Virus record (IMG/VR): IMGVR_UViG_3300013902_000267
Reading direction: 5' to 3' (one strand)
Length of the DNA: 64,000 nt
Source: a virus
Lineage: Duplodnaviria > Heunggongvirae > Uroviricota > Caudoviricetes
Shown: positions 62,438-64,000 of the stretch, piece by piece
How positions within the stretch are numbered: position 1 is the first letter of the stretch
Layout of the letters: each line of letters starts with the position of its first letter
Notes under the pieces: model-generated
What the model was told of the DNA's origin: nothing
Seen by the model: the letters and a program-made list of their open reading frames with translations, nothing else
Database searches by the model: none
Program-made: the position numbers and the translations under genes

Positions 62438-62931
62438 AGTAAAATCATGATATATCACGAATGACACCATGACAATCTACGTTAACTGTAATACTAAAGC
62501 TCTTGACTCAATGCTAACGCTAAAATCTAGGATTCTGTTTATGCTAAATGTAATCAAGCTAATGCTTTAGTCAATTTACATATGTTATATATGATATTAT
62601 ATTCAAAGTCTATTATTCATATCAAAAATATTTTTAAGAAATAAATATCATAAATGAATCGATAACATTTATTATATAATATATGAATAAGAATTATAAC
62701 AAACTATATGAAGAAATGATGTCAGATATTTCAGTTATCGTTAAAAAGAAAATAAATGAAGCATATGACAATCAGCTTCTCGAAGAATATGGTGCAAAGG
62801 ATATGTTTAATGATATTATGAAAGAAGCATCAAAAGAAGGTAAAATCTTTTATAAGCATCTTAAATAGTTTATAATTTATATCATCAAAAAATTACAAGA
62901 GACAGATCAATATAAAAAAGCTGAAAAACTT

Positions 62932-63897
62932 ATGAATGCGTATGTTCAGAAAGTACAGAAATATATTGATGAACATAAGAAGATTACTCCGAGACGTATG
63001 TTGAAAATTACTGTTGCTGTATTGACAATGTATGGAGGTGTTTCAATGATACAAGATTGTAAATAGATGATTAAATCTTTATAGGGTAATGTTGAAACTT
63101 ATGAATAGAAAGTAGAAAATGTACCGGATGAAAAGCAACAAGAAGTAATAGTAGAAGAACCTGAAGATTTTGTTGTTGAAGTTAAAGATGAAGCAAAAGA
63201 AAAATTAAGTGTCAAGAAAGTATCTACTGAAGATATTAATAATACACCTGAAAAGAAATTTAAGGAAGACAAGAATTTCAATTTTAAGTCAAGCAACGAG
63301 GCTCGCGAATTTATTAAACATCATGAGTTATGCTTACTTTACCCTTATTACGCAAAACCCGAAGAGGAAGCAAAAGGAATGGTAACTATTGGTTATGGTC
63401 ATGTTGTATTGGAATCAGATGGTGAATTATACAAGAAAGTATAGCAATTAAAAAAGAAAGGCTTAATTAAACAATCATTTGTTACAAAAAATGGTAAAAC
63501 TATTTTAAACCCTAATCATTGTAAAACCATTATAACAAAGACTGACGCAGATAAATTATTTTAGAAAGATATTAAGATTGCTGAATAGCGTGCATATAGA
63601 ACTATACAAAATATGCCTACTGATGATGATAATGTTAAATATTATATGTTATATAATCAAAAAATAAGAGATGGTTTAACATCATTATGTTATAATGCTG
63701 GATAGCTTAAACATGAAAAATATACATTCATAACAAAAGGTCTTGCAAAATCTAGATATGATTATCAAGCATAGAAAATAAATGCAGGTGATTATAATGT
63801 ATCCTTTAAATATTTCAAGAATATTAAAGATAATCCTAACAGAAGAAATGAGGAATATAAGTTATTCTTTATGAACGCAAATAAGTCTATGTCATAA
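62932..63897 (+). CDS. GH24 (T4 e-type) lysozyme with N-terminal signal-anchor (SAR-endolysin-like), 321 aa, about 8 in-frame TAG
   Basis: EAREFIKHHELCLLYPYYAKPEEEAKGMVTIGYGH matches the T4L EGxxLxxYxDxxGxxTIGxGH block. ITKTDADKLF(Q)KDIKIAE matches T4L ITKDEAEKLFNQDV. N-terminal TM segment ITVAVLTMYGGVSMI. The frame is also open, through a TAG, back to ATG 62683, giving a possible 404-aa form. Confidence 0.65.
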
Positions 63898-63921
63898 TAA
63901 AAAATAAATTTTAATTAAATA

Positions 63922-64000
63922 TATGAAAAAATTATTTGAAGCAAAATAGAAGCCATTAGTTGTTTATAATCCTGCTGATATTTTCATGAAATATAATATG
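63922..64000 (+). CDS. 5' end of a gene truncated by the window edge
   Basis: ATG 63922 MKKLFEAK(Q)KPLVVYNPADIFMKYNM..., which already contains a TAG. Confidence 0.3.

Overview
This 64 kb window is a very AT-rich (about 29% GC) segment of a large dsDNA bacteriophage genome. It is densely packed with genes, and no host-like core genes are visible.

The most important global feature is that TAG is clearly a sense codon, probably Gln by analogy to recoded phages. Dozens of otherwise continuous genes carry in-frame TAG codons and terminate only at TAA or TGA. The affected genes include the helicase, nrdD, HtpG, an endolysin, homing endonucleases and the whole late module. The supplied ORF track therefore fragments or misses many genes.

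Layout of the window:
- 0-10 kb (+): a nucleotide-metabolism cluster (HisG-like, PurC-like, PPAT-like, ITPase, NMP-kinase-like, a small ligase) plus hypothetical proteins.
- 10.2-19.4 kb (+): a TAG-rich late and lysis module. It holds Cys/His-rich proteins, an NlpC/P60 peptidase, a lysozyme-like protein, and a roughly 1030-aa protein with a C-terminal M15 peptidase.
- 19.5-62 kb (-): a long leftward block. It encodes a DHH phosphoesterase, an anaerobic ribonucleotide reductase (nrdD), Hsp90/HtpG, two metallophosphatases, a DnaB-like helicase, a sigma-70 family sigma factor, an S1-domain protein and a CNNM/CBS transporter.
- Within that block, nrdD is split by five group I introns and one mini-intein. 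Four of the introns carry recoded HNH or GIY-YIG homing endonucleases.
- The block also carries a probable tRNA/RNA repair set (Thg1-like, a PNK-like kinase/HAD phosphatase, RNA-ligase-like proteins, a LAGLIDADG homing endonuclease). It also has NAMPT (NadV) and a further HAD phosphatase.
- 62-64 kb: a tRNA cluster and a recoded GH24 SAR-endolysin.

A 23-nt promoter-like motif containing a Bacteroidetes-type -7 element (TAnnTTTG) recurs upstream of genes. Together with the lipoprotein signals, it suggests a Bacteroidetes host.
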